Assembly: GCA_034003725.1 (NCBI GenBank)
Contig: JAVEYB010000005.1
Span: forward strand, 38,831-70,830
Direction: 5' to 3'
Origin: Candidatus Zixiibacteriota bacterium
GTDB lineage: Bacteria; Zixibacteria; MSB-5A5; GN15; FEB-12
DNA length: 32,000 bases
In this document: positions 1 through 9,438 of the stretch, piece by piece
How positions within the stretch are numbered: the first letter of the stretch is position 1
Layout: each line of letters starts with the position of its first letter
Notes under the pieces: model-generated
What the model saw: only the letters and a program-made list of their open reading frames with translations
Database searches by the model: none
What the model was told of the DNA's origin: nothing
Translations under genes and position numbers: made by a program

Positions 1-205
1 CGCGTTTACATTTATTGCAGCAGAAATGAATGCGCTTGTCTTCGTAGTCAAGATAGATGTTGGGATCTGCCTTTTCGGAAGTCGTAACAGGGCAGTATTC
101 ATTCGTTTGAGCCTTGAGTTGACCACTAGGTGCCAGGAACGTTACGACCAGCAATAGAAGGGGTACCGCAAACCGCACTAGATATGCACTTACCGGGTGT
201 CTCAT
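1..205 (-). CDS. YHS/TRASH-type metal-binding periplasmic protein, partial (C-terminus lies beyond window start)
   Basis: Absent from the ORF track because it runs off the window. Manual minus-strand translation from ATG 205-203 gives MRHPVSAYLVRFAVPLLLLVVTFLAPSGQLKAQTNEYCPVTTSEKADPNIYLDYEDKRIHFCCNKCKR. This is a signal peptide followed by a CPV...Y.DY...FCC.KC module, the same module seen twice in 6125-6628. The ATG overlaps the RND stop codon (ATGA at 202-205). Confidence 0.6.
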   Translation of the reverse strand, partial: MRHPVSAYLVRFAVPLLLLVVTFLAPSGQLKAQTNEYCPVTTSEKADPNIYLDYEDKRIHFCCNKCKR

Positions 206-3200
206 TCTTCAATCTCCTTTCCACGGGAGATCTGGCGCTTGACCCGCAGCTCTGCCAGCAAACAGTAGAGAGTCGGTACTGTGAAGACGGTTATCAACAC
301 TACCGTCATGCCGCCAAATGATGGTATTGCCATCGGCACCATGATATCTGCGCCACGGCCAGTCGAAGTAAGCACGGGAATCAGCGCAAGAATAGTCGTG
401 GCTACCGTCATCAATGCCGGACGGATTCGACGCTTGCCGGCTTCGACAGTCGCCTCACGCACGGCCTGAATAGTATTCGGACGATCTCGGTCAAACACCT
501 GCTTGAGGTAGGTTGAGATGATCACACCGTCGTCGGTAGCGATGCCGAACAAGGCAAGGAATCCTACCCATACCGCAACCGATAAGTTGAAGTTCCTAAC
601 CTGGAATAGTTCCCGCATATTCTCTCCGAACAATGAGAAATCCAGAAACCAACCCTGGCCGTAGAGCCACAGCATGAGGAACCCGCCCGACCACGCAACA
701 AAGATGCCGGAAAAAACCAACAAGGTTGTCGGAACGTGCTTAAACTGAAAGTACAGGATCAGGAATATCACGATCAGGGCGAGCGGCATTACCACCATCA
801 GCTTCTTTTCGGAGCGAACCTGGTTCTTGTACGAGCCGGCGAACTCGTAGCTGACTCCGGCCGGAACATCAAATTCTCCTGAACGAATCTTGTCCTGTAG
901 CAGCCTCTGTGCATCCTGCACAACGTCGACTTCAGCGTAACCCGGCTTCTTATCAAAAATGACGTAGCCGGTAAGGAAAGTATTCTCAGACTTGATGACC
1001 ATCGGACCGCGCACAAACCGAATCTCGGCCAGTTCAATGATCGGTATCTGGGCACCGCTTGCCGTAGGTACCAGGATACTACCCAATTCATCCAGGCTAT
1101 TGCGAAGTTCACGCTGATAGCGAACACGAACCGGATATCGCTCCCGGCCCTCTACGGTTGTAGTCAACTTCTTTCCACCGACAGCCACTTCTATTACGTC
1201 CTGCACTTTTCGAATGCTCAGACCGTATCGTGCAATCTTCTCCCTGTCGATATCGATCTCAAGGTAAGGTTTGCCCACGATTCTGTCGGCAATCACGGCC
1301 GCCGGCTCCACCGAGGGTACTTGCTTGAGATACTTCTCGATCTCAAGACCGACTCGCTCGATGGTCTCAAGATCCGGTCCTTTGACCTTCACTCCCATGG
1401 GGGCTCGCATACCCGATTGCAACATCACTATTCGAGCCGCGATCGGCTGGAGCTTAGGAGCGGAGGTTGTACCCATGAGCTTACCGGCTTTTACTATCTC
1501 GTCCCAGATATCGTCCGGACTCTGGATATGGTCGCGCCAATTACGATACGGCCTACCATCATCATCCGGAATCAGCTCGCCGTTCTGATCTCGGACGAAC
1601 TCTCCCTTTTCCTCATCGTACTCGAAGCGCAGCCGGTGACCACTCTCATCCACCTTGTATTCCGGCTTGTAGTTGATGACTGTTTCTATCATGGAGATGG
1701 GAGCCGGATCTAGCGGCGAATCCGCTCGCCCGAGCTTACCAACTACCGACGAAATCTCAGGAATACTTCGGAAGGCCATATCCTGATGCTGCAACACATC
1801 CAATGCTTCACCGATGGAGGCGTGCGGCATCGTCGTCGGCATCCACAGAAACGACCCCTCGTCGAGATCCGGCATGAACTCCTTCCCAAGACCCGGGAAG
1901 GCGTGATTCATTGCCACAAACGGTCGGCTTGAACTAACCCAGCTGGGCATCCAACCGAAAATGGACCCAAACCCCAGCCAGACAGTCAGTCCGAGGACAA
2001 CCAGAAGGACCGGCATTGAAAGAAACAAGGCCTTGTGTGACAAACACCAGCGCAGTATTGGTTCATAGGCCCAGATGAACAGTTGAAACAGCAAGAGAAC
2101 CCCACCCAGTGAGAACACCACGAATATGAAGTTCAGTATTATACCGGCGTCAACACCCAGCGGCTCCCAGTGACCAGCGAGCAGCCACGCGACAATGACA
2201 ACAACTATATAGTTGAAGTATGTTGGCACCTTCGAAGTGACTTTCGCAGGTAGACGGGACTTGAAGTGCAGATACGCTCCGACTGCAATCAATACAAAGC
2301 CTGTGAACCAAAAGGCGAAGAAGAACGCAGTCAATCCGCCAAGCAGCAGTCCAAAAGACCAAAAGCGTCGCGAACGCGAGAGGTTTTTTCCCTTTGTGAA
2401 CAGGATATGCGCCAGCGGCGGAATAATGGTAAGCGCTACGATCACCGATGCTATCAGCGCAAACGTCTTGGTGAATGCCAACGGCTTAAACAGTTTTCCT
2501 TCGGCTGCTTCCATCGTAAACACCGGCAGGAACGAGACGACAGTCGTCGCAATCGCCGTCAAAACGGCACTGCCTACCTCTGAAGACGCACGGAAAATAA
2601 CCTCCAGGCGGTTCTCCTCCGGGTGCGCATTCTCAAGATGTCTGAGAATGTTCTCGCATATGACGATACCCATATCGACAATTGTGCCGATAGCAATCGC
2701 AATCCCGGACAACGCAACGATGTTTGCGTCGACTCCAAACAGCTTCATGGCAATAAACGTCATCAGCACGGTCAGAGGGAGAAGCCCCGAGATCAAGAGC
2801 GAACTCCTGAAATGCATGACCATGATGATGACTACGATAATCGTGACCAGAATCTCGTCAACCAGGGCCGTGTTGAGTGTTCCTAGGGTCTCGTATATCA
2901 ACCCCGTGCGATCGTAGAATGGCACGATCGTGACTTGCGAGGTCCGGCCGTCCGCCAGAACTTTCTTCGGCAGACCCGGCGAAATCTCCTTGATCTTGGC
3001 CTTGACGTTCTTAATGCTCGCGAGGGGGTTTTCACCGTAGCGGACCACCACGACGCCGCCAACAACTTCTGCACCGCCTTTGTCAAGCGCGCCGCGTCTC
3101 AAGGCGGGCCCGAGCGAGACGGTAGCTACATCAGACACCCGCAGGGGCACGTTGCCCGTCTGCTTGACTACGGTCTTTTCAATATCCGCTATTTCTTCGA

Positions 3201-4005
3201 TGAACCCGAGACCACGGATCACGTACTCCGCTTTGTTAATCTCGATAGTCTTTGCACCAACATCAACATTGGACATCCTGACGGCGTTGAACACATCAGT
3301 CAGCGTCACATCGTTTGCCCGCATGGCATCGGGGTTGACATCAACCTGGTATTCCTGGACAAAACCGCCGACCGACGCAACCTCCGAGACACCATCTGCA
3401 GACTGCAAGGCATAGCGTACGGTCCAGTCCTGGATTGACCGCAGTTCGTGGAGATCCCAGCCTCCAGTGGGGTTGCCGTCTTCGTCACGTCCTTCCAACG
3501 TGTACCAGAAGACCTGACCCAAGGCGGTAGCATCCGGACCAAGGGCTGGTTGGACGCCGTCCGGAAGTGTACCGCTGGGCAATGAGTTGAGCTTTTCCAA
3601 GACACGTGAGCGGGACCAATAGAATTCAACATCATCTTTAAAGATGATATAAATGCTCGAGAATCCGAAAAACGAATAGCTGCGAATGTCCTTCACGCCC
3701 GGAATACCCAGCAACGAAACGGTGAGCGGATATGAAATCTGATCTTCGACGTCCTGCGGCGAACGGCCCATCCATTCGGTGAAAACAATCTGCTGGTTTT
3801 CTCCGATATCGGGAATGGCGTCAACCGGAACAGGGTCTCGCTGCAAGCCGACAACCCGCCAATCGAACGGAGCCACCATGATTCCCCAAGCGATAATGAC
3901 CAGCATAAGAAGTATAACGACCAGCTTATTCTCCAGACAGTACCTGATCACCCGGTCCAACAGTGACGCTCTCTGAAATTCACGTGAATGTTGTTGCTCA
4001 GTCAT
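202..4005 (-). CDS. CusA/CzcA-family heavy-metal efflux RND permease (1267 aa, longer than the classical ~1050 aa pumps)
   Basis: Long ORF. The N-terminus LLDRVIRYCLENKLVVILLMLVIIAWG and many TM segments are typical of the heavy-metal efflux (HME) RND family. It sits in an operon with an adaptor and a TolC-like factor. Confidence 0.93.
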   Translation of the reverse strand: MTEQQHSREFQRASLLDRVIRYCLENKLVVILLMLVIIAWGIMVAPFDWRVVGLQRDPVPVDAIPDIGENQQIVFTEWMGRSPQDVEDQISYPLTVSLLGIPGVKDIRSYSFFGFSSIYIIFKDDVEFYWSRSRVLEKLNSLPSGTLPDGVQPALGPDATALGQVFWYTLEGRDEDGNPTGGWDLHELRSIQDWTVRYALQSADGVSEVASVGGFVQEYQVDVNPDAMRANDVTLTDVFNAVRMSNVDVGAKTIEINKAEYVIRGLGFIEEIADIEKTVVKQTGNVPLRVSDVATVSLGPALRRGALDKGGAEVVGGVVVVRYGENPLASIKNVKAKIKEISPGLPKKVLADGRTSQVTIVPFYDRTGLIYETLGTLNTALVDEILVTIIVVIIMVMHFRSSLLISGLLPLTVLMTFIAMKLFGVDANIVALSGIAIAIGTIVDMGIVICENILRHLENAHPEENRLEVIFRASSEVGSAVLTAIATTVVSFLPVFTMEAAEGKLFKPLAFTKTFALIASVIVALTIIPPLAHILFTKGKNLSRSRRFWSFGLLLGGLTAFFFAFWFTGFVLIAVGAYLHFKSRLPAKVTSKVPTYFNYIVVVIVAWLLAGHWEPLGVDAGIILNFIFVVFSLGGVLLLFQLFIWAYEPILRWCLSHKALFLSMPVLLVVLGLTVWLGFGSIFGWMPSWVSSSRPFVAMNHAFPGLGKEFMPDLDEGSFLWMPTTMPHASIGEALDVLQHQDMAFRSIPEISSVVGKLGRADSPLDPAPISMIETVINYKPEYKVDESGHRLRFEYDEEKGEFVRDQNGELIPDDDGRPYRNWRDHIQSPDDIWDEIVKAGKLMGTTSAPKLQPIAARIVMLQSGMRAPMGVKVKGPDLETIERVGLEIEKYLKQVPSVEPAAVIADRIVGKPYLEIDIDREKIARYGLSIRKVQDVIEVAVGGKKLTTTVEGRERYPVRVRYQRELRNSLDELGSILVPTASGAQIPIIELAEIRFVRGPMVIKSENTFLTGYVIFDKKPGYAEVDVVQDAQRLLQDKIRSGEFDVPAGVSYEFAGSYKNQVRSEKKLMVVMPLALIVIFLILYFQFKHVPTTLLVFSGIFVAWSGGFLMLWLYGQGWFLDFSLFGENMRELFQVRNFNLSVAVWVGFLALFGIATDDGVIISTYLKQVFDRDRPNTIQAVREATVEAGKRRIRPALMTVATTILALIPVLTSTGRGADIMVPMAIPSFGGMTVVLITVFTVPTLYCLLAELRVKRQISRGKEIEE

Positions 4006-4012
4006 GATGCAT

Positions 4013-6085
4013 TTACTCCGTCACTGCATCTCCGGCATGCAGCTCCTTCTTAATTTCTCCGCAACGAAGCATTGATTCGCCGTAAAAGGAGTTCCAGACG
4101 ATGTCTTCCTGTTGCAACCAGTATGCTCCGGCATTGTCACGGGCCATCGGACAATACGTCAGATAAAACGGCTCATCGGACGCGTGTCCAAACGTATCGT
4201 GCATTTCTATAGTTGCCAATGATAGATTGAAGAAAGCGTCGCGCGCCCCGACAATCGATCCTGCGGAGTTACCGATTTTAGCGGCTCCTGCAAGATTCTC
4301 GGATATGTCCATCCACCGCTCGTGCGCTTTGCCTTCAAACAGGCTCATGTCCACGCCATCGATCAACTTGGCCAGCGTGCCGTATGCTTCTCTTGCCTCG
4401 TCGAGATTGTCATTGGCCAAGGCCATCTGAACGTCGAAGTAAGCGTCGTATACAGGAGCCAGGGCAACCAGAGCTTCTTCACAATCATCCAGTCTCTCAG
4501 CGGTACCAGCTTCGTACGGGCGTTCTTCCGCTGTGGCCATCCTGACCGACCCGGTCTCGCCGTGATCGTGGCCAGCAGCAACGGCACCACCCTGTGGCGA
4601 CATCATACTTGGCTTGGCCTTGATCTGAAGTTCACTGTCAATCTTGAAGGCCCCGTTGGTAACAACCTGTTCTCCCTCTTCCAGCCCGTCTCTTACGACA
4701 TAGTATTCCTGAGCACGAGGACCAAGCGTGATCTGCCGTCCCTCAAAAACGACACCTTCGTCGCTTGGCACCTGCACATAGACAACCGCTCGCTTGCCCG
4801 TAATTAGCGGTGCGGAGGCGGGAATCAGCAATGGAGCTTTCCCCGTTTTCTTGTTTCCTCCTGAGTAGCCAAACGTCTCCGCCGGCACCAGGTCCATACC
4901 ACAGATGTCACATTTGCCTGGGCCATCTTTGACAATCTCCGGGTGCATCGGGCTGATCCATTTCCCCGCAAGCTCCGGCGCTATGACATTGCCCTCGCTA
5001 TCCAAACGAGATTGGACCGAAGCACTGACGAACATCTCCGGTTTAAGCCGCTGGTCGGCGTTACCCACCACCGCGCGAATATTGACCGTCCGTGTTTTGG
5101 GATTTACTACCGGATCGATGAAGCTGATAACGGCATCGAAGACCTCACCCGGAAATGATGGCGATGTGAATGCAATGCGCTGGCCGTATTTCAGCCAAGG
5201 TAGATCTGATTCGTACGCCTCGAGCAGAACCCACAGCCGCTTGAGGTCTGCAATCGTGTAAATACGGGTTCCTGTTGAAACATACATTCCCTCTTTTGCA
5301 TCCTTGTGGACAACTACGCCACCAGCAGGCGCCGTAATCGTAAGATGGTCTGAGGGCACGTTTCCTTGTTCTATGGCGGCAATCTGTGATTCGGAGAGTC
5401 CATAGAGACGCAGTTTCTCGCGGGCCGATTTCAATGTTTGATTCGCCGTTGATTTTAGAACGGTACTATTGGCGGTGCTGAGAGTTGCAACTGCCTTTTT
5501 GGCCTGCAGAAGTTCTTCCTGGGCGGCTACCAACTCTGGAGAGTACATGTGAACCATGTGATCACCCTTTGACACTGTCGCTCCCGTATAATCGACAAAG
5601 AGACTGTCCAGTCGTCCCGCCACCCAAGCAGTAATATACGAAACTCGGGTCTCGTCGTAGTCGAGCTTGCCGACCATGCGGATCGATCGCTCGGCAAACG
5701 CCCTGGTGACCGGAGTCGTTTGAACGCCGGCCAGTTTAACAGCCGTTTCTGACATGCGAATTTGGCTGGGGTCGAGGTCTTCTCCGCCTCCGCTGGTTTC
5801 AATCGGGATCAGATCCATAAAGCATAACGGGCACTTGCCCGGCTTCGGGAGCTGGATCTGCGGATGCATGGAACAAGTCCACATGGTGGGTTCCGATGAT
5901 TCAGCTGATGCGGCAGGAGCGTGCTCATCTGCGCCGCTGTTCGGTTCTGTCGATTCTCCACCACCAAACAAGAGACCGCCGAGGGAGAACGCCACGATAG
6001 CTACAATCAACAGTGAGATGGTTGCTGAGCGTCCTCGCGGGATCAGCCCCCGCCAGTTGTTTCGAGTTGTCTGTTCAGTATTCAT
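4013..6085 (-). CDS. RND periplasmic adaptor (CusB-like membrane fusion protein) with two HMBD metal-binding modules and a DUF3347-like C-terminal domain
   Basis: HMBD-like motifs WTCSMHPQIQLPKPGKCPLCFMDL and SPMHPEIVKDGPGKCDICGMDL. A barrel-sandwich/beta-barrel adaptor core lies between them. The C-terminus carries YLTYCPMA...AYWLQ...FYGESMLRCGE. Only 7 nt separate it from the pump gene. Confidence 0.88.
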   Translation of the reverse strand: MNTEQTTRNNWRGLIPRGRSATISLLIVAIVAFSLGGLLFGGGESTEPNSGADEHAPAASAESSEPTMWTCSMHPQIQLPKPGKCPLCFMDLIPIETSGGGEDLDPSQIRMSETAVKLAGVQTTPVTRAFAERSIRMVGKLDYDETRVSYITAWVAGRLDSLFVDYTGATVSKGDHMVHMYSPELVAAQEELLQAKKAVATLSTANSTVLKSTANQTLKSAREKLRLYGLSESQIAAIEQGNVPSDHLTITAPAGGVVVHKDAKEGMYVSTGTRIYTIADLKRLWVLLEAYESDLPWLKYGQRIAFTSPSFPGEVFDAVISFIDPVVNPKTRTVNIRAVVGNADQRLKPEMFVSASVQSRLDSEGNVIAPELAGKWISPMHPEIVKDGPGKCDICGMDLVPAETFGYSGGNKKTGKAPLLIPASAPLITGKRAVVYVQVPSDEGVVFEGRQITLGPRAQEYYVVRDGLEEGEQVVTNGAFKIDSELQIKAKPSMMSPQGGAVAAGHDHGETGSVRMATAEERPYEAGTAERLDDCEEALVALAPVYDAYFDVQMALANDNLDEAREAYGTLAKLIDGVDMSLFEGKAHERWMDISENLAGAAKIGNSAGSIVGARDAFFNLSLATIEMHDTFGHASDEPFYLTYCPMARDNAGAYWLQQEDIVWNSFYGESMLRCGEIKKELHAGDAVTE

Positions 6086-6124
6086 GACGTTCTTTCCCTC
6101 TTACGATCTCAATGCACAGCAACC

Positions 6125-6628
6125 CTAGTGATTGTGTCCGCTGTGGTCACTGTGATCCATCTTCTTCATGTTTTCTGACTTCGAGTCAGTATCCTCATCA
6201 AGTTTCTTCAAGTAGTTCTCCGGATCTTCGTTGAACGTGCCGCGGCACTTCTTGCAGCAGAACACAACTCGACGGCCTTCGTAGTCTGAGTAGACAGACT
6301 TGTCCTCCAGTATTTCGCCTGAGACGGGACACGTGGATTGAATGTTCTCAAACAGTACGCCTTCTCCGGCAGCTTTCTTGAAAAACTTGTCCGGATCGGC
6401 TTTCAGTTTTTCCGAGCACATCGGGCAGCAGTGATAGACCCGCTGGCCCTGAATATCGGTATAGACTGTCGAATCGATCTTGCCGCCCATTACCGGACAA
6501 TGAGTCTGGTTCTTCAGCTCCTTGGGAGCGTCAGCTTCAGATTTCTTGTCTGCATCCCCAGCTTGCGCGACCGATACAAGTCCAAAGAGCAGGACGAGGG
6601 CTGTGAGTGCATGTTTGAATGAACGCAT
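6125..6628 (-). CDS. secreted tandem YHS/TRASH-domain metal-binding protein with His-rich tail
   Basis: Start moved to MRSFKHALTALVLLFGLVSVAQA (signal peptide), which is preceded by AAGGAG. Two CPV..G......Y.D..G.R...CC..C modules are present. The C-terminal tail is KKMDHSDHSGHNH. Confidence 0.8.
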   Translation of the reverse strand: MRSFKHALTALVLLFGLVSVAQAGDADKKSEADAPKELKNQTHCPVMGGKIDSTVYTDIQGQRVYHCCPMCSEKLKADPDKFFKKAAGEGVLFENIQSTCPVSGEILEDKSVYSDYEGRRVVFCCKKCRGTFNEDPENYLKKLDEDTDSKSENMKKMDHSDHSGHNH

Positions 6629-6650
6629 TTCGTTACTCCTTCCGAGTAGG

Positions 6651-7994
6651 TTATTGTTGCAGGTGTTTGCTGAGTTCTGTTCCGCTGAGCATTTCCAGTT
6701 GGGCGCGCTTCGTGGCAAGTCGGGTCTGTTCTCGCGCCACCGTCAGCTGGAAATCCAGCAATTGTCTCTGAGCATCCAAGACATTTAGAAAATCCGTTTC
6801 GCCTGCCTGATAGGCGGCATAGATGGCGTTCAGGGACTGCTCGGCTTTGGGTACAAGCCCGTCGCGGTACAGGCGAGTCTTGCGCAGAGCATCCGAATAC
6901 TCGAACAGGAGCCGTTCACTCACCGCCACGAGTTGGTTTTCCGAGTCCTTCAAATTGTATTCAGCCGCCCGGCGCCGCGCTTCGGCTTCCTTCTTGCGAG
7001 CACTGTTCTTGCCGAACCAGATTGGCAACGATACGCTGGCGCCAATCATCCAGGGATCCTTGCCGCTTTCCGACATATCCGGATTGATAGCCTCCCCAGT
7101 CTGGATGTAATCGACACCAATGGAGAACGACGGCATCGTTTGCTTGCCGGCCAGCCTCTCCTCGGCTCGTCTACTCTCGATAATCCGGTCAAGTGCTCGG
7201 AGATTCGGATTGTGGCGGGTGATGATGGCGACCACCGAATCTTCGACAAGCGGCACTTCCGCCACAGTAATAGACTGCGGGACGGGAATCTCTACGTCGC
7301 CCGGCAGATTTAGCCAGGCTCTCAATCGGGCGGCCTTGGGCTCAACCTGTTCACGGAGCGTCTGCAAATGGTCTTCGAGCTTTCCAAGTTCTACCTGAGC
7401 CTTGATGACATCGGGATGTTGCTTTAGTCCCACCTTGTATTTGGATTGTGCGACCGATTCCCAAAACTTCAGAAGCTCAAAGTTCTCACTGGTGATTTGG
7501 AGGTCTTGACCTAAAAAGTAGTAGTCATAGAATGCGGACTTTACATCGTAGTACAGCTCATACTTGGCCGCTTCAAATCGCTGATATGATGCCTGCGACA
7601 TTGCAAAGGCCATGTCTTCTTTCGCGCCAAGCGTTCCAAACCACGGAAACGACTGACGCACCCCAAACCGTTGTTCCTGCGGACCGACCCGGGTCTCCAC
7701 GTTCTCGATGAAGTAGGCGTAGTTGAACATCGGATCGGGCAATGCCCCGACATGATCGGATTTCTTCAGGTCCGCGATCCAACGATTATAGGCGGATCGC
7801 AACCGCGGACTCCTTTCCATCGCCACCGCCAAGTAGTCGGCCAGAGTGCTGGTCGAGTCAAAGGACGGAATCAGTTTTGGGATTGTGTCCAGAACAGGAG
7901 CCAGCGAGTCGATAGTCGAGCGCGCTTCAGACTTGTCGGCGGCCTGGACTAAACCTGCCCAGAAGAGAACAAACACCGCCAGTGAGGAGATCAT
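6651..7994 (-). CDS. TolC-family outer-membrane efflux factor (CusC-like)
   Basis: Two-repeat alpha/beta OMF-like sequence, first gene of the efflux operon. Start moved from 8093 to ATG 7994 (MISSLAVFVLFWAGLVQA signal peptide, GAGGA 11 nt upstream). Confidence 0.85.
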   Translation of the reverse strand: MISSLAVFVLFWAGLVQAADKSEARSTIDSLAPVLDTIPKLIPSFDSTSTLADYLAVAMERSPRLRSAYNRWIADLKKSDHVGALPDPMFNYAYFIENVETRVGPQEQRFGVRQSFPWFGTLGAKEDMAFAMSQASYQRFEAAKYELYYDVKSAFYDYYFLGQDLQITSENFELLKFWESVAQSKYKVGLKQHPDVIKAQVELGKLEDHLQTLREQVEPKAARLRAWLNLPGDVEIPVPQSITVAEVPLVEDSVVAIITRHNPNLRALDRIIESRRAEERLAGKQTMPSFSIGVDYIQTGEAINPDMSESGKDPWMIGASVSLPIWFGKNSARKKEAEARRRAAEYNLKDSENQLVAVSERLLFEYSDALRKTRLYRDGLVPKAEQSLNAIYAAYQAGETDFLNVLDAQRQLLDFQLTVAREQTRLATKRAQLEMLSGTELSKHLQQ

Positions 7995-8192
7995 GTATCC
8001 GTAGTTCCTCGTTGCGCATCGGGGCTGGTCAAATAAACGTCTGATTATCATGTTTGGCCTAATCATCCAGTTTCTCAGTCGTGTTGGTTTCATTGAACAA
8101 TGGGGATATCAAATGGCATGCCCAAAAGCACAAGCCACTTAACAACAACGACTTCCGGATTCCGAGATAGGCGAGTGTAGAATTTGTGTGTA

Positions 8193-8220
8193 GAATATTC
8201 TTCAATATCGAATAATATTC
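8193..8220. promoter_or_regulatory. AT-rich palindromes GAATATTC (8193-8200) and GAATAATATTC (8210-8220); candidate enhancer (UAS) for the sigma54 activator
   Basis: Both palindromes read directly. They lie about 115-140 bp upstream of the -24/-12 element at 8334-8349, the usual enhancer distance. GTGTAGAAT direct repeats sit nearby at 8175-8183 and 8188-8196. Confidence 0.3.
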
Positions 8221-8333
8221 TGTATAGCCCGGCAGAAAAGACCGGACCGCTTATCGTTGTTTTCCAGGACTGATACTTGTATTCCAATGTGAATCAATAC
8301 ATTACGGAGATAGTACGCGATGGAGCTGTAGAC

Positions 8334-8349
8334 TGGCATACTCATTGCT
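8334..8349 (+). promoter_or_regulatory. sigma54 (-24/-12) promoter TGGCAT-N5-TTGCT upstream of the kinase/regulator operon
   Basis: TGGCATACTCATTGCT matches the consensus TGGCAC-N5-TTGCW with correct GG-to-GC spacing. It ends 28 nt before ATG 8377, and GAGG lies 9 nt before that ATG. Confidence 0.5.
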
Positions 8350-8376
8350 AAGTAAATCGACAGAGGCAAAAGTTCT

Positions 8377-9438
8377 ATGTGGGAACCTGAAAAACAGACA
8401 ACCAAATTCTATGTCCTTGGCGGTGTAATCGCCTTCACTCTGGCCTTACATTATGGCTTGATAGTGGAGCCATTATCCGGACATGTCCATTGGATTCATG
8501 CGATTCATGGCCGGTTCTGCTATATCCCAATTGTAATTGCCGCTGCCTGGTTTGGGTTGCGTGGCGGCCTTTACGCGGCCTTGTTCATTTCCGTTGCCGT
8601 CCTTCCCTACATTTTTACAACCGGCTTGGAAGTTCACGCGCTTGCAGATGAACTGACCGAAATCATCTTTTACTTCGCGATCGCGTTGCTGTCCGGCGGT
8701 CTCATCGAGCGGGAATTCCGAAGCCGAAAAAAAGCCGAAGATATGAGACTTCAGCTGGAACATTCACACAAAATGTCGCTCGTAGGGCAAATAGCTGCCG
8801 GCATGGCTCATGAGATAAAGAACCCGCTGGCCTCCATTAAAGGGGCAGTCGAAATCCTTTGTGAAGATGGTACTTCTGAGGAAGACAAGGCAGAATTCCA
8901 AGCCATCGTATTGAAAGAAGTGAAACGTATCAACGCCAGTGTGACCGATTTTCTCGAGTTTGCCAGACCCAGTGAAACAACGTTAGCCGTACTTAATCTG
9001 GCCGATGTTGTCCGCTCCAGCCTCAAGCAGATTCAGCCACAGGCTTTGAGGCGAGATATAAGGATCATTAGTCACGTTGAAGATCCTGTAATCGTGATGG
9101 CAGACGAAGAGAGGATTCACCAGGTCATGCTTAATTTGCTGCTCAATGCCGTGGATGCATCCCCAGATGAATCGAATGTGACAATCAGCCTTGGGACCGA
9201 AGAGTCCGATGCGCGGATCACTATTGAAGATTCCGGCAACGGCATAAGTGAGGAGAATGTATCGAAGATCTTCGAGCCGTTCTTCACGACTAAATCAACC
9301 GGTACGGGGCTTGGGCTCGCCATAGCGAAGAGCATAGTTGAACGGCACAAGGGTTGCATTAAACTTGAAAATAATACCAGCCGTGGCGCAAGAGCGGAAA
9401 TTAAACTGCCATTGACGGTAGTCGGAGTACCAGTATGA
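8377..9438 (+). CDS. membrane sensor histidine kinase (HisKA + HATPase_c), ZraS/AtoS-like
   Basis: N-terminal TM segments, H-box MAHEIKNPLASI, and N/G boxes (LLLNAVDAS, DSGNGI, GTGLGLAI). A His cluster HVHWIHAIH lies in the N-terminal membrane region. Confidence 0.9.
   Translation: MWEPEKQTTKFYVLGGVIAFTLALHYGLIVEPLSGHVHWIHAIHGRFCYIPIVIAAAWFGLRGGLYAALFISVAVLPYIFTTGLEVHALADELTEIIFYFAIALLSGGLIEREFRSRKKAEDMRLQLEHSHKMSLVGQIAAGMAHEIKNPLASIKGAVEILCEDGTSEEDKAEFQAIVLKEVKRINASVTDFLEFARPSETTLAVLNLADVVRSSLKQIQPQALRRDIRIISHVEDPVIVMADEERIHQVMLNLLLNAVDASPDESNVTISLGTEESDARITIEDSGNGISEENVSKIFEPFFTTKSTGTGLGLAIAKSIVERHKGCIKLENNTSRGARAEIKLPLTVVGVPV

Noticed and set aside
281-3976. Numerous plus-strand ORFs (for example 2213-2917, 2935-3438) antisense to the RND pump gene; similar antisense ORFs occur inside other long genes
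   Set aside because: They lie entirely inside a 1267-aa ORF with an unmistakable RND signature and have no recognisable motifs.
6651-8093. 480-aa version of the TolC-like protein starting at 8093
   Set aside because: The first 33 residues precede an obvious signal peptide (MISSLAVFVLFWAGLVQA) that has its own ATG and a GAGGA SD, so the shorter form is preferred.
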